Below are positions 24,700 through 38,530 of a DNA stretch of 64,000 bases, one piece after another. The position numbers were made by a program, and so were the translations under genes. The stretch lies in assembly GCF_016432865.1 (NCBI RefSeq), contig NC_067401.1, forward strand, positions 65,782,001-65,846,000. Reading direction: 5' to 3'. Source of the stretch: Antechinus flavipes (taxonomy: Eukaryota). The number at the start of each line of letters is the position of its first letter. The stretch's first letter is position 1. The notes beneath the pieces are model-generated. The model made no database searches. It was not told the DNA's origin and saw nothing but the letters and a program-made list of their open reading frames with translations.

Positions 24700-25900
24700 C
24701 TATCTCAGCCCCAATTCCATGAAAATCATCCTTGTAACTTTTAAAGATAACTTTTAAAATCTTAGTCTATATAACACATCACACACGTTGTCCCCCCACC
24801 TCTGAAAAGCAGATCTCTTCCCCTCCGGTTTTAATAAAAGCATCTCCTTGCCTACTTTGCATTCAACTCCAACTCACCCCCAAATTATTTTTTAATATAA
24901 TGTCATGAACTCTTATGTACAACTTGGAATTTTCTAAAGTACATAGCAAATTTAACATAGTATTCAGTGGTATCAAATTTAACACAGTATTCAGTAGTAT
25001 ATCAAATTTTACACAGTAACAGTAGTATCAACAGTGCCCTGTTTGTGTCCTCTTCCTTATACTTTCTTCTGTGTCTACATATTTTTTCCATCAACATTCT
25101 TTTCATTGTTTTCTAAAGGATGCATGGAGAAGCATCACTAATCTACTCAATTTTTTATGGATCTTCCCCTTCAAAAAAAAAATCCTTCTTTATAATAAAT
25201 AAATATAGTCAAGGGCGAAACAAATGTGCACATTAGCATAAGAACATATGGCTCACTTTGCACCTCAGTGTATAACCCTTCTGGCAAGAGGTGTCATGAT
25301 TTCTCATCAGTCTTCTGGAGTTGTGAATCAACAATGATCACAGCTCTTGAGTCTTTCACAGTTGTTTTTCTTCAGGATGTTACAGTTGAACAAATTGTTT
25401 TTCTAATTGTGTTCATTTTGCTTTACACATCAATTCATTCAAGGCTTCTCAGGTTTCTGTGAACATATCCCTTCCCTTACAATGTATCTACTCATTACAT
25501 GAATTATGTTTCATTCTACTAATATTATCATAACTAGTTCAGTTATTCCATAATTGTAAGTACCCACTCTGTTTCTACTTTTCTACTCTAACAAAAGTTA
25601 CTTCCCCTCTATTTTTGAACCCTTTGGGATATATCTTAGTAGTGATATTACAGGATCAAAGTTTATTACTTTGGGGAGCTGCTTTTCAGAATGGATGGAG
25701 CACTTGACAGCACAGAGCAATTGAAAGTAGGAATATGTCTGTTCTCCAATCTATCTAACAACAGGCCTTTTCCTTCTCTGCCATCTTTGCCAATAAGATG
25801 GGTAGAATCTCCAAATTGATTTAATATGAATTAATGATTTAAGGCATTTTTATATGGTTTATAATTCATACCTTTCTTCTTTTGAGAATTCCCTATTCAT
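24700..25900 (-). mobile_element. Old L1 3' fragments (ORF2 end and 3' UTR)
   Basis: GGGATATATCTTAGTAGTGATATTACAGGATCAAAG is the antisense of the L1 ORF2 PFDPAI.LLG.YP segment; boundaries approximate. Confidence 0.5.
24947..25028. repeat. ~27-bp minisatellite, 3 copies
   Basis: CAAATTTAACATAGTATTCAGTGGTAT / CAAATTTAACACAGTATTCAGTAGTATAT / CAAATTTTACACAGTAACAGTAGTAT. Confidence 0.85.
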
Positions 25901-26304
25901 ATTATGTGGAGGGTATTAGCTTTTGTTCTTAAACAAAAGTTGGTAAAAGTGATTAAATAGAAGTGGAATTGGAGGGCAGGAAAAGAAGAATAATGAAGGT
26001 GGCAGTATTCACGCAATAAATGGGGTAGATGGCAAGATGCCCAGAGTAAATGGTTGAATGGCATGTGAAGCATGGTCTGAGACCAGTTAGATATAGTTAG
26101 TGGGTTAGGTGAGCTTGCACTCAACTCAGCCCAGACAAGAGTTCCAAAATTAATTGGATTAACTTTCCCAAGGAAGCCTTGCCATTGAACTAGGGGTCTA
26201 GTCTGAAATGTGCTTTTCCAAAAGAGGAAAAGGAGGTAACAAAGGAGCCCCAAGGAAAGATCTAAAGGAATAATTATTGTACCATGAAAAGAATATTAGT
26301 TGTT

Positions 26305-26528
26305 ATGTACAACTCCCCATGACCCCATTTGGGGTTTTCTTGGCAGAGATACTGGAATGGTATACCAGGTCTTTTCTAGTTCATTATCAAGATGAAGAAT
26401 GGAAGAAAACAGGATTAAATGATTTGTCCAGGATTTACCCACAGCTACTAAGTATCTGAGGGCCATATCTGAACTCAGGTTTTCCTGACCCCAGGACCAG
26501 GGTCCTATCTATTTCTCCACTTTGTACC
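26305..26528 (-). mobile_element. MAR1-type SINE
   Basis: ATGACCCCATTTGGGGTTTTCTTGGCAGAGATACTGGAATGG tail plus CORE. Confidence 0.8.
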
Positions 26529-27239
26529 ATAAGGAATGACAAATTGAAGAAGTCAGAAAAACATGGGAAAACTTTTATAAACTGATAACTGTAAGTAGAA
26601 ATGAAAAGAATAATCAAACAAGAATTAATGCTGCATAGTCCTATTACTGGCCAGAACTAGATAAGAGATTAGAAACTGCCTTTTTCCTTCAGTTAGGTGG
26701 AGTAATGTGATTTTGCTTAACTGTTTACTTTCTATTCTTTGTTACAAAGGAAGTCTTCAGTGCGGAAAGCAAAGAAATGGGTATGTTTGAATATTATTCC
26801 ATTACTGTGATATTTAAAAAAAAAAAAAAGACTTCAATAAAATTCAAACAATCTTTAAATAAAATAAATATTAGGTCATTAATGGTCTTTTCAATTCTAA
26901 ATTCTGTGATTCCACAAATGAGATGATCTCTAATATTCCTTCCATCTCAGAAAGCTCAAATTCTGTATAAAATTGTTTAGTATAGCACAACAAACTTTCT
27001 TAGTAGAAAAATGAGCCCCCTAATCCCCTTCTCATGGTCATATAGCTACCTATAAAAAAAAAAAAAAAAGAGGCCCTAAGGCAACCAAAATGGATATTCT
27101 CTAGGACTCAAGTGCATAAATGGACTTCTTAAGAACATGAGGTTCTATACAATGGCTTGAAATAAGTCCGGTGGCCTTTACGTAAGTAAGTGCCAGTCCA
27201 GCACAAAACAGTTTTATTCCCAGAGCAGCCTAATTGTTG

Positions 27240-27482
27240 TTGTTATTCAGTAGTGTCTGATTCAACGTGACCCCAATGGACTTTTGCCCATAATGTTTTC
27301 TTGGCAAAGATACTAGAGTGGTTTGCCATTTCCTTCTCCAGTATGTCCCCATTTTATAGATAAGTAACTGAGGTAAACAGGGGTTAAGTAACTGGCACAG
27401 AATGACACAACTAGCAAGTATTTGAACTCAGTTCTTTCTAATTCAAGCTCCAGTATTCTATCCACTGCACCACCTAGGCTAC
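27240..27482 (-). mobile_element. MAR1-type SINE
   Basis: TTTTCTTGGCAAAGATACTAGAGTGGTTTGCCATTTCCTTCTCCAG plus CORE, ending GCACCACCTAGGCTACC. Confidence 0.8.
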
Positions 27483-28379
27483 CCCTCAGAAAAGCCTTAG
27501 AGAAGACTAACAGTGAAGTTTCCATCTCCAAACACTGCCTCTGATAGAAAAGAATCTGTTGGAAAATGTACAGCAGAATGGAGGAGTAAGAAAATGATTA
27601 GGAAAGGAAAAAGGAGCAAGAAATGAATGGATTGGGAAAAAAGGCAGCCCTGAAACTGGCTCCACACAGTGGGACAGATCTCCATTCTTATGGCTGGCCT
27701 ATCCCCTTTTTGGCCCAAAGTGGAGGCTGCTTAGCCTTCTGTCCACCATCTAACCCAATTCTTAGAACTCATTGTAGTTCTACCAGTTTCACCTATGTAA
27801 GTTTTCCAAGGCTGTAAGTAATATGCTTCTATATTGAGCAATAATAGAAAAAATAGTAAATGCTGCAATCAGGTGGCATTTTTTTTTAAAGAATGACTAT
27901 ATTCTATTCTATATTATATATTTCCTTCCCTCTCCCATTGCAGAGTTGAGATACTATGGAGATGGAATATTATACATACTGACGTGTGGATTGGTTTTAT
28001 AAAACCGATTTTATCTCCGTTTTTTAAAATTTTTGTGACAAGAGCTTGGTTGCTAGGAGAGAAGAAGGATATGTTCAGGAATGAATATAAGTATCAATAA
28101 AAATAAGATAAATTTTTTTTAAAATGAAAAGCAAAACAACTGAGATTAGAAAGTGATTTTGAACCAAGAAGACCTGGTTTCATCATAGCCCTAACACTTA
28201 TTACCTATGTGATATTAGGACAATTAAATCAATTCTCACAAAGTCTCAATTTCCTCATCTGTAAAAAGAGAGGACTGGATTACAGAAGCTTTAAGATCCT
28301 CTTTTCAGCTCTATATCTACAAGTCTCATTACTTTGCATCATCTGAAAAATTAGCAAATTGGTAAAATGTCAAAGATGA

Positions 28380-29060
28380 CAAAAAATGGAAGTGGATAAC
28401 ATTGGAAAGGCTATGAACAAACAAATACATGAATCAACTATTGCTAGAACTGGGTATTATATTCCCACTGTTCTGGAAGAAAATTTGGAATCATGCACAA
28501 ATAAATGACTAAAATGTTCATTTTCTTTGACCTATGAACTCTTTGCTGAGCATATGACCCATAAATCAAAGTTAGAAATGTCCAATAAACATACTAATGT
28601 ATCAGGTAAGGCATGTTTTGTGGTAGCCAAAAACTGGGAACAAAGTAAGTATATCTCTTTATTGGAAAATGCCTGAACAGATTGTGCTACATCTATTTGA
28701 TGTAATATCACTATACCATAATGAAGAATTCACAAAAACATGGAAAGGTAGAGGAATTGATACAGAATTAGGAAAACAATGTATACAGTGATACAATAAC
28801 AAATAGAAAAACATGAAAGTAAAATGGAATATCATATAATAATGACGACCAAGTTTCATTACAGAGAAGAAGTGAGAAACTGTACCTCTTTCCCCTTTCA
28901 TTGAAGAGATGAGAGACTATGGAATGTTTCTTGTACAATGAAAATGGTAATTGTGTTAGTTTGGTTTTCTTTTTTAAGCTCTAGTATAAGGTAAGGAAAA
29001 TTCAGAAATGAATGTGATATAAGAAATAAGAAGTAACATAATAAAAAAGGTTTTAAAACC
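28380..29060 (+). mobile_element. Old L1 ORF2 3' end and 3' UTR fragment
   Basis: Same degraded family pattern as 23020-23690. Confidence 0.55.
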
Positions 29061-29123
29061 AAAATTAAATAAATAAACACGGTACTACAGCAGTAGATTT
29101 GAAATCTCCAAAAGAAAAATACA

Positions 29124-29262
29124 NNNNNNNNNNNNNNNNNNNNNNNNNNNNNNNNNNNNNNNNNNNNNNNNNNNNNNNNNNNNNNNNNNNNNNNNNNNNN
29201 NNNNNNNNNNNNNNNNNNNNNNNNNNNNNNNNNNNNNNNNNNNNNNNNNNNNNNNNNNNNNN
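29124..29262. other. Assembly gap (139 N), followed by TA-rich low-complexity sequence
   Basis: Run of N, then TATA/CTATA-rich sequence to ~29480 and again at ~29820-29960. Confidence 1.
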
Positions 29263-31604
29263 ATGTCTGGTACCTATACATATACTATTGACTATATAAC
29301 TATTTCACATATATACTATAGCATATGTATATTCTATAGTAGATCTAGTATATAGATATTTAACATCTACTATAGTTAATTGTACTATAGATGTAGATAC
29401 TATATTATACTAGTAAATCTACTATAGTGTATGTATACAAGATAGAAAATCTATGTATTCCTATAGTAGATATCTATGTATCTACTAAAGTATATACAGA
29501 TAGTTTAGTGGACAGAGCACTGGTCCTGAAATCAGAAAGACCTAAGTTCACACTGTATTATAGATACTAAGCAACTAGGTGACATAAAGTACAGGAAATG
29601 GCAGCAGGAAGTACTGATTGGCTTCAGACCCTAACTATGTGATCCTGGACAAGTCCCTTAATTTCTGTTTGATTCAGTTTCCTCATCTGTAAAATAGAGA
29701 TAAAAGTATCCATTACTTCTTAATATTGATGTAAGGTTCAAATGACAGATTTAATCTGCCAACACATAGTATTCACTATATAAATGTTTATTCTCTTCTC
29801 CATCCCCTTCACCCCTCAATATATATAGTATATACAATACATATATGTGAACATATATATTACTAGTTTACTATAAGCAGCATGTGTGTGTGTATATATG
29901 TATATATACATATATATACTAGTATAACTGTAGCTATATATATACTATATAGTTATAAACTATATGGTTTACTTGAGCTGCCAAAGTTATAAATACATGC
30001 ATTACAAAAATTCATTTTCCTTATAGGAGAGATCTTCAAGCTCTCACTAAGCCTTTATTTTCATTTTAGGCAGAATCCTAACAGAGTAACTTGTTTTCCA
30101 GCCTGTATCTACATGGAAGAAGAAAATAAGAATAGAAAAATGATATCTAAATATGGGCACACTGATAGCTACAAGATAAGAAACAGGAAAAAAACTGATG
30201 CAAGAAAAAAAATAATTGACTGCATTTAGCTTAGAACCAAGCAGCCCTTTGTACTTAATAACCACCACAGCTTAGCAAAAGCATCATTCTTAATACAACA
30301 ACAAATATATGCTATACATAATATATAGATGCAACAATAAATATGTAAAATAAATGTGTATGAAGGATATATCCATGTATTATCCAAAAAACCAAATCAT
30401 TTTCAGTATAGAACAGGCTGATCTGGACAAGCACTGGAAACTGTGCAAACAAGTGAATATACATATATACAATGAAATATATACTCTAAGTCCATCATAG
30501 AATTAGAACTCTCCCTGCCACACATGTGACAATCTCAGTGTCACAAAGAAAAGAATTTTCTGTCATTGAAATCATGTACATTTGTTAAGTGGTAACAATA
30601 AAATCAAATTTCCTTGTACCCCACAGAGTAGCATGACTCATCTTAGCTATCCTTAAGTCTAATTTAGCACACTTGTTTAATATGTTTCAAGGGATTCATT
30701 GAAAGATTTCCATCAAAAGAATGGTTAAAATAAAAACAAAACATTGGAAACACTGAAATAGGGAAATTTCCATTATCTAGTAAATGCTTATTCCACTATA
30801 ATGAGAAATAAAACTCTTAAAAACCATAAGTAGTCATCAAAAACAATACCATTTAACATCCTCATTTTTAAAAAATGAAGAAACAGGAACCAAGAAACTT
30901 GTTCAAGATCAAATAGGAAAGCAAGTAGCAGATCTGAGATCTGAATCTAAACCTACAGAGCAAAACTCTTTAAAATTAATCCCTCTAACTACTAAGGCTT
31001 TTCTATTTATGAAAAGGAAATTAAATTGGACAACCCAAGAAAAAATCCAAACAAATTTAATTCTTAACTTCAAATCATTCACAGGATATCTATCTAGGCT
31101 AAAATGATTTGATTACAACAGCCTACACTGTCTGGCTAGAACAATTCATCCAAGATGCTATCATTGACACATACTTCTATGTATCTACATCTGTCAACTA
31201 AACATATTTGTTTTCATTCACAAAATATTTCTAGTTAACAAAGAAAGACTATTGGACACTACATCAGGAACTAATATTACAGGGTTCTCATTAAGTGTCT
31301 AAATATGATTACAGTTCTATTCTTCACATTGTGACTTTGGTGGGAATGATAGTAAATATTTTAAAAAGTTAAAATTTTCTCTAAGCTTCTCTGATGAAAA
31401 TTAAAACTTTTCTCAACAAAATGCAAAAGAAATAATAGTGAATTTAACACCAAGTATGAAAAGTCAAGACTCTGAATCTACAGGTTGAAAGCTCTCCTCC
31501 TGCCTTTGGAGAGGCCAGTGTCTAAATACCCCAGAATAATTTTCTCTAATCTCTTTCCAAAGGCCTCCAAAAACTCTCACAGTTTACCAGATAAGAAATC
31601 ATTA

Positions 31605-31840
31605 TGCCCCTTTGCTATTTGGTCATTTCAGTCTTGTCTGACTTTTTGCAATACTATTTGGGGTTTTCTTGGTAAAGACATTGGAGGGGTTTGCCATTTC
31701 CTCTTCTAGCTCATTTTACAGATGAAGAAATAAGGCAAACAGGGTTAAAGTGACTTGTGCAGTTATACAGCTAGTGTCTGAGGAAAATGAAGCTTCCTGA
31801 CTTCAGGACTAGCACTCTATCCACTTCACCAACTAATTGC
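31605..31840 (-). mobile_element. MAR1-type SINE
   Basis: TTTGGGTTTTCTTGGTAAAGACATTGGAGGGGTTTGCCATTTCCTCTTCTAGCTCATTTTACAGATGA. Confidence 0.8.
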
Positions 31841-34531
31841 ACTTAGGGAAAAAAATAACAATAAAAAAGAGTTCAGTGTGATCTCAATGTGACATAAAAC
31901 ACATAACTTATGCCTCCTTTAAACATGTCCAACTGTTTTGTTTTAACCATTTTTAATGGAAATCTTTCTAAAACACTCCAATTTTTTGTTATCCCCATTT
32001 CTCAGGATCTCCTTCCTTTCATCTAATCTAATTATTATCTATTTCAATTCATGCTCTCTTCTCAGGCTTTAAATCTTGGATTCATCTTTGACTCTTTTTT
32101 CCTTTCTCAGTTACTCACCAAGTCCAATAACCTTCTACCCTCATCATTTTTGATCAACTTGTGTCATTCATCTGAAATACAACATACCACCTCCCATCTA
32201 CCCATCCCTCCCCTTCATAGCCAGTACCTGTCAGAGGAGGACCTTGCACCCAGATCTTGCTGACTTTGAGATCAGTTCTCTATCCCCTATGTCATGCTAG
32301 CTCTGAAAATAAAATCTTTTTATATTTTCTAAAAAAGAACACCAAAAGTCAATATATGCATGCATCACATCTGGTATAAAAACATTAAATGTTTATCTAT
32401 GCAGCATATGTGTATACACACACACAAACACACATACACATATTTTGATGTCCCGCACAGAATAATCCTTAGTTCCCACAGGTTAAGCTAGCAGATAACA
32501 AGATCCAGAAGATACTGACAAATTGCTATAATAAAAATAACAGCAACGATAATAATAGCGTTCATATAGCTCTTGAAGGTTTACAAGACATTTTACTATC
32601 AAATTTGATTCTCACAAGCCATTGAGGTAGGGGCTAATATTCCCATTTTACAGATAAGAAAATGGAGGCAACAGAAAAATGACTTGCCTGGGGTCACATG
32701 ACTAATATCCAAAGAAATCCTATCTTTCTCTCTCTACGTGTAATATTCAATTCACTATGTCACTGAGATGTTCCCAGGACTACGATATATTCTCTACATG
32801 TCATCCAAAAATAAGTTATATATTCCTTAACAGGTTGGCTGCAGAGTAATGAATGACTTTTTCTGCCGTGGCAAATTCCCAAAAGATTCATACTAAACTT
32901 TTCCATCTATCCACTGCCCTGTACTCAAAGGTCAACACCATAATTCAAGCCTTTATCACCTCTTACATGGATTAGCAAAAATTTTCTAATTAGTCTTCCT
33001 TGTCTGCTATTTCTCTTCCTTCTCCATTATCCTTATCAGTTCATCAATCCACACACAGATGCCAAATCGATATCCCTAAAGCACCGGACTTTGTCAGTCC
33101 CCTGAGCAAATAGCTTCTTGCTTATAATGGAGACTCCCCTTATATGCAATTTAAAGTCCTGCACAATCTGGTTCCCACAACTATCTTTCAGACTAACTTT
33201 ATATTACTTCCCTTTATATATAACTTTACAACTAGTTAGTGTACTTGGTAGTCCCAATATAGAATGCTATCTTACCCTCACCTTTGTCCCTGGGAATTTT
33301 CTTTTTCTTTCAAAACAATTTAGTTGCCACTTCCTATATGAAGCTTTCCCCAATATCCAGTTGTGACTACTCATTTCACTTCCAAAACAGTGTTTTCTAT
33401 ATTTTGTATTTATTTAATTGTGTTATGTATTGTTTTCCACCATTGGAGGGCAAACACTATCATTTTTTTCTTTATTATTTTAAATGCTTAGAACAATAAG
33501 CAGTTAAAAATCTCAAAGGCATTATGTGTCTTTAAAATGTTTATAAACTTATAACCACAACATTTTCTGATGATGGAGAAACAAAAAAATTAAAAAGATA
33601 ATAAAGTCTTGAGTGAACTGAGGAAATTAACCAAAATTCCTTATTCTTTCTTTCTACTCTCATGGTTAACCTCATTCAGTAATCCGCTTGGGAAAAGACC
33701 ACTCACTTAAATCCAAGTAAGGGTTATACCTAAGAGAATCCTTAGAGCAGTAGTTAAATATTTAAATTTTAAAGGATGTTCTATATAGCTATTTAAAAAA
33801 AGTTAGGTTTATAAATTCAAAAAAACAGGCAACCATAAATTTATTACTAGAAGAGCTCTTACAAGCTATCTAGTCTGGTCCTCTCATTTTACAGATAAGG
33901 AAACTGAGGTCCAGAGAGATTAAAGAACTATTGTCAAAGGTCCTTAAATAAGCAGCAGAAATAAGGTTCAAATTAGGCTCAGCTTTCCATTCCTGATCAC
34001 CCCAACAAAAAAAAAAGTTTCTCTTCTGAAAGTCAAAGGATCACAGATTTTGAGCCAGAAGGGACCCTCTCAAAGGTTCTCTGCTCCAACAGCTTCATGG
34101 ATGAGGTTTTCTTATAATATTTGACACTGATACGGCTTCTACCCTGATCACGTTTTACCTTTATTTTTATCCATTGGACATATTCTCCTACTAAGACTAT
34201 AATCCAAGATCCTTGAAAGCAAAAAAATATGTTGTTTTTCTTCTTTTTCTTCTTCAACTCTTAGTATCTGGTTCACAAAAGATACTTAATAAATGTGGGC
34301 AGAAAACATTTATTAAGCTAATTAGGTACCAATTAATAATAGTGAACATTCATAATGCCAATACTACAAATAATTAAGTAGTAGTTATCAATAATTAAAA
34401 AGCAGTTTTTTCATCTAGTAAATCAGTGAATGAAGATTTGACTAACAAAAGTATATATATCCATTGAGAATGCCTAAACTAGATAAGACCTAAAAAATCA
34501 CAGTATCCTGTTGTATACCCCACAGTATTCT

Positions 34532-34715
34532 ACGTGATGTCAAACTCAAACAGAACCAAATCCCATCTGATCTATACTGACTCTGAAAACCATAAATTAG
34601 TATTATCTGTGCTCTATTCTATTTTTACTTATTTTATTAAACAATTCCCATTTCCATGTAATATGGTTCTGTCACTCCAAAGGAGTTTCAGCAGAACCCA
34701 AGTTTGACACCTCTT
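34532..34715. mobile_element. Old hAT MITE with decayed TIRs
   Basis: TGTCAAACT (34538-34546) and AGTTTGACA (34701-34709) are inverted and ~185 bp apart; no TSD is visible. Confidence 0.55.
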
Positions 34716-36589
34716 AGAGGATCATAGTTTTAAAGCTGCAAGAAATCTTTGAGAACATCAAGTTAAAACCTCCACATTTTACAGATGAAGAAACTGAGGA
34801 CACATACAAGGATTAAATGATTTGCCAAATATTGCATAATGGATAAAGAGCCTGATTACAAATTCCAATTCCATTATATAAAACTCTCTCTAAAATGCCA
34901 AAAACGTAAGAAACCAGAAGAAATTGGACTTGAGTGAAAACTGCTATGCAACTGTAGCAGCTGAAAAGGATTTCAATGTCAATGATTTTAAGTCTCTTCC
35001 TAGAATTACACAGAAAAATCATTTTAGACTTTACTGTAAAATGACCCAGAAAGCACTGCATCTTTTTGTAGAGTGTTTGTGTAGAGTGTTTTATTTTTTT
35101 AATGTTCTGAACAAACAAGTCCTCTTGAAGAAAACAAAAAGAAGTCTGGCTGCTGAGGTTTTCTGGGTTGCTAGGGTTTTGTTGTCTGCTTTTTGTTTTT
35201 CTTTTTATAAAAGAGTGCCTGTTCCTTGGGAAGAAATCATTATGGGGAAAAAAAAAGAAGTGAGATTTAACAACAGAGATAACCTTTCACTATATATCAA
35301 AGCCCTGAAAAGTCATTTTTATGGGCTTTTTTTAAAAGCCCATTTTGTTCCCTTAATTTCCTCTGTTGGGGGAAGGGTTTTTGTTTTGTTGTGTTTTTTA
35401 TTCCATTGTGAAAATCCAGATTACAAGATAACACCAGTTCTATCCACGATGATGAATGTAACAGAGTTTTAGAATGTGCTATACAAATTTAGGGCCATGG
35501 TTACTCAACGGAGGCTCTCAGATATTGCATTTGCAGGTATCAGATTGCCTTAGACTATGCCTCCCCTCTCTCACTCCCCAAGCTGAAAACCAGTACCAGA
35601 AAAATGGATGTTTTTGAAGAGGAACTAGTCAAGGAGATGGTGTTTTCCCAAGCATGGGCATAGTCCCTTCTCTCTCCCTTGCCTGCTTGTCTCTGACCCT
35701 TTTCTCTCTCTGGGCTCTCCCTCCTTGCACTATTTCTCATCTTCATCGCCTCTCTATGACTAGTGCAGTGTTACACCAGGGAAAGAAAGGGAAGCTCAAA
35801 GAAATGAGTCCTATTGATGGCCTCTCCTCAGTGTCAAGAAGGTAACTGCTCTCTTTCAAAACTATCTGTCAGAGCTTTACTCAAATATAAAAATTGTTTT
35901 TGCAGCTATCTATGTTAAGTATGATTTAAAGATTCTATATTTTGAAATTAATTTTGATCTGTAAAGTTGTCATTTTTTCCTAATTGTAGCTATCTTAATA
36001 GCCACTACAAAACCATTATTATATAGAAGTGTGCTTCAGCTTAGAGCCAAGGAATCATAATTATAAAACTAAATTGTTACCTATCTTTTGTTTTCCTCCA
36101 CTTTTCAGGAGATTTTTATTGCATTCAGTGGAACTAGAAATGCTCCTATAGTTACCAATATGAAATTAGGTTGTAACTTTAGAACAAGAAGTGTGATTTG
36201 TAAAGAATTTACATATTGGCATTTTTGGATTAGAGCACTAGATTTGGAGTCAGGAAAACCTAGATTCAAATTTCACTTCAAAATATACAAAATAAGTAAC
36301 ACTGAATAAGGTGTACTTATCTTCTCTGGCTCACAATTCCTCAAGTGTAAAATAATGAAATTGGGGGCTTAATGACTTAGGTTCTAAATCTATGATCCCA
36401 TTTTCACAGAATGTTAGAATTACAAAGGGTCTTAGAGATCACCTAGTTCAAACACTCTAAATTTAAAATAAGGAAACTGAAGTTTGGAGAGATGAAATAA
36501 TCTACCTTACTTTGGGCATCAATCAAAGATAAATACAATAGAATCAATGGAGTACAGAATTTGAGAGCAGGAAGGAATTCTCAGAAGAC

Positions 36590-37804
36590 AACTGGACCAA
36601 CCATACACAAAAGGAATTCCCACTACAAACACACCTTACAGTGGACATCCAGCCACTGACTAAAAACTCCCAAAGTTCAAAAACCCTCTAACCTCTCACA
36701 ATCATATGGTTCTAATTGCTAAGAAAACTTTTCCTGACACTTAAGCTTGGTTTTCTGCAACTTCTACCCAGTGGTCCATTCTCTGAGGTCTAATGGAACA
36801 AGTCCTTCTTGCTCCTTCACAGGATAGACCTTCAGATACTTGCTCAAAATAGTGATCATGAAATTCTAAGTCTGCCTCTTTCCAAATTAAATGTCAGTTT
36901 CCTTCAATTGATCTTCATATGACATGAAATCAAGGCCTTTTAATATCCTTAATGCCCTCTCCTGGACACTCTCCAGTTTATAAATGTTCTTCTAAAGACA
37001 TCCAGAATTGAACCCAATGCTCAAGATGAGTTCTAAGAAGGGCAGAATATAGCAGACTATCAACCCCCAGTTCCTGAAAGCTATACCTCTCTAAATGCAA
37101 TTTAAGATTGCAGTCTTTTTTTATATAACACAATATGATTCATATTGAGCATAGTTTTCTAAAACCCACAGATCTTTTTCAGAACTACTATCTATACCTC
37201 TCTCTCCTCCATAGCTTATATTATTTTTGAAACCCAAATTTGAGATTTTACATTTATCTCAGATGAAATTCATCTTATCCAGCTCAGCTCAAAGGTCTCA
37301 CTTGTCAAGATCCTTTTTGGATCCTAACTGTTTTCCACTATATTAGCCATTCTTCTTGGCTTTATATAATCTGCAAATTTAAAACTATTGATAAAAATGT
37401 TCAATAGGACAATACCAAAGAGAGGTCCCTGAGATACTCCAATGGAGATCTACTGCCATATTAACAAGGAACAATTGCAACATCCAATCTGTCAAAGTTC
37501 TGAAACAATGTACTACTGTCCTAACCCATCTCTTTTCATCTTCACCATAAGAATAATGAGATACTTTATCAAAAGCTTTAAGAAGATCTAGGTCAAGTAC
37601 ACCCACAGCATTCCCTTCAGTTAATAGGATAATACTGTCAAAAAAGGAAATGAGGTTAGTCTGACATAATATCCTGTTCTTGTTGAAGCCATACTTGCTC
37701 TTTGTAATCATCCTATAATTCGATCTCTTCTCCCAAAAAAAGGAATTCCAAGCCTTCATTTTCCTAAAGTAGTTCGAAATTTTCTTCTGCCATCCAAATC
37801 CCAT
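36590..37804 (-). mobile_element. L3/CR1 LINE ORF2 (RT) fragment
   Basis: ORF 37385-37804 contains CQTNLISFFDSI...EGNAVGVLDLDLLKAFDKVSH, the CR1 RT motif. Confidence 0.85.
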
Positions 37805-37959
37805 TCCTCATCCATCCCCTTTCTATCAGCAGATGATCTGATTTTAACCTGAATTCCATCTCCTCCATAGCTCAAAACTTCTCTAAGATCTCACTCATCT
37901 TTTCCTTCTTTCTTCTAGTCTGCACTCTAACTCTATATGTCAAGGATAACTTCAGTGTG

Positions 37960-38530
37960 TGCCATTAATTCCATCCCCTCCAGATTCCTTCAGGGACCTT
38001 AGTCCATGGATCAGATTCTCTTGTTCATTTTCAATCTCTGCCTTCCTGTTGGCTTCTTTCCCTTTACTGTCGAACATGTTTAGATCTCCCCTTACTTGTT
38101 GTGACCCTTCAAGGACTTCTTCATCCCCCTATAATCTAGCTTCCATACTCTCCATCCACTCATCTCCAGGGACATTAATAAATCAAATCATCTCTTCTCA
38201 ATCCTCCTGCTCTTTAATGTTTATATAGTATATTAAACAAATGACAAAACCATCCTTTTCTTGATATTCTCACCTTACTTGGATTCCATGATGCTATTCT
38301 CCTTCTGGTTCTCCTCCTATTTCACTTGATAATTTATCTAGATCTATCTCCCCCACAAGTCTGAGTGACTCCAAGTTTGTCTCTTACTCCCCCCTCTCTC
38401 ATCTATTTCAACCACTCACATAGCTGCTAAACCTGTATACTCAGCCAGAATTTCTTACCTAAGCATCAGTTCCAAATCTCTGTCCATATAAAAATTCAAT
38501 CTCACCATGGCCCAAACTGAGTTCATCAGA
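37960..38530 (+). mobile_element. L2 LINE fragment
   Basis: Pyrimidine-rich L2 ORF2-like sequence (CTCTCTTGATATTCTCACCTTACTTGGATTCCATGATGCTATTCTCC-type segment). Confidence 0.55.

Noticed and set aside
30525-30545. TGTGACA-N7-TGTCACA inverted repeat
   Set aside because: A 7-bp arm is expected by chance in 64 kb.
35555-35746. Gene-strand ORF MKMRNSARRES... as an alternative CDC14A first exon
   Set aside because: The only donor-like site (CTG|GTACTG) is weak and in phase 0, whereas exon 3 requires phase 2.
37385-37804. 139-aa ORF as a host gene
   Set aside because: Decayed CR1/L3 reverse transcriptase.
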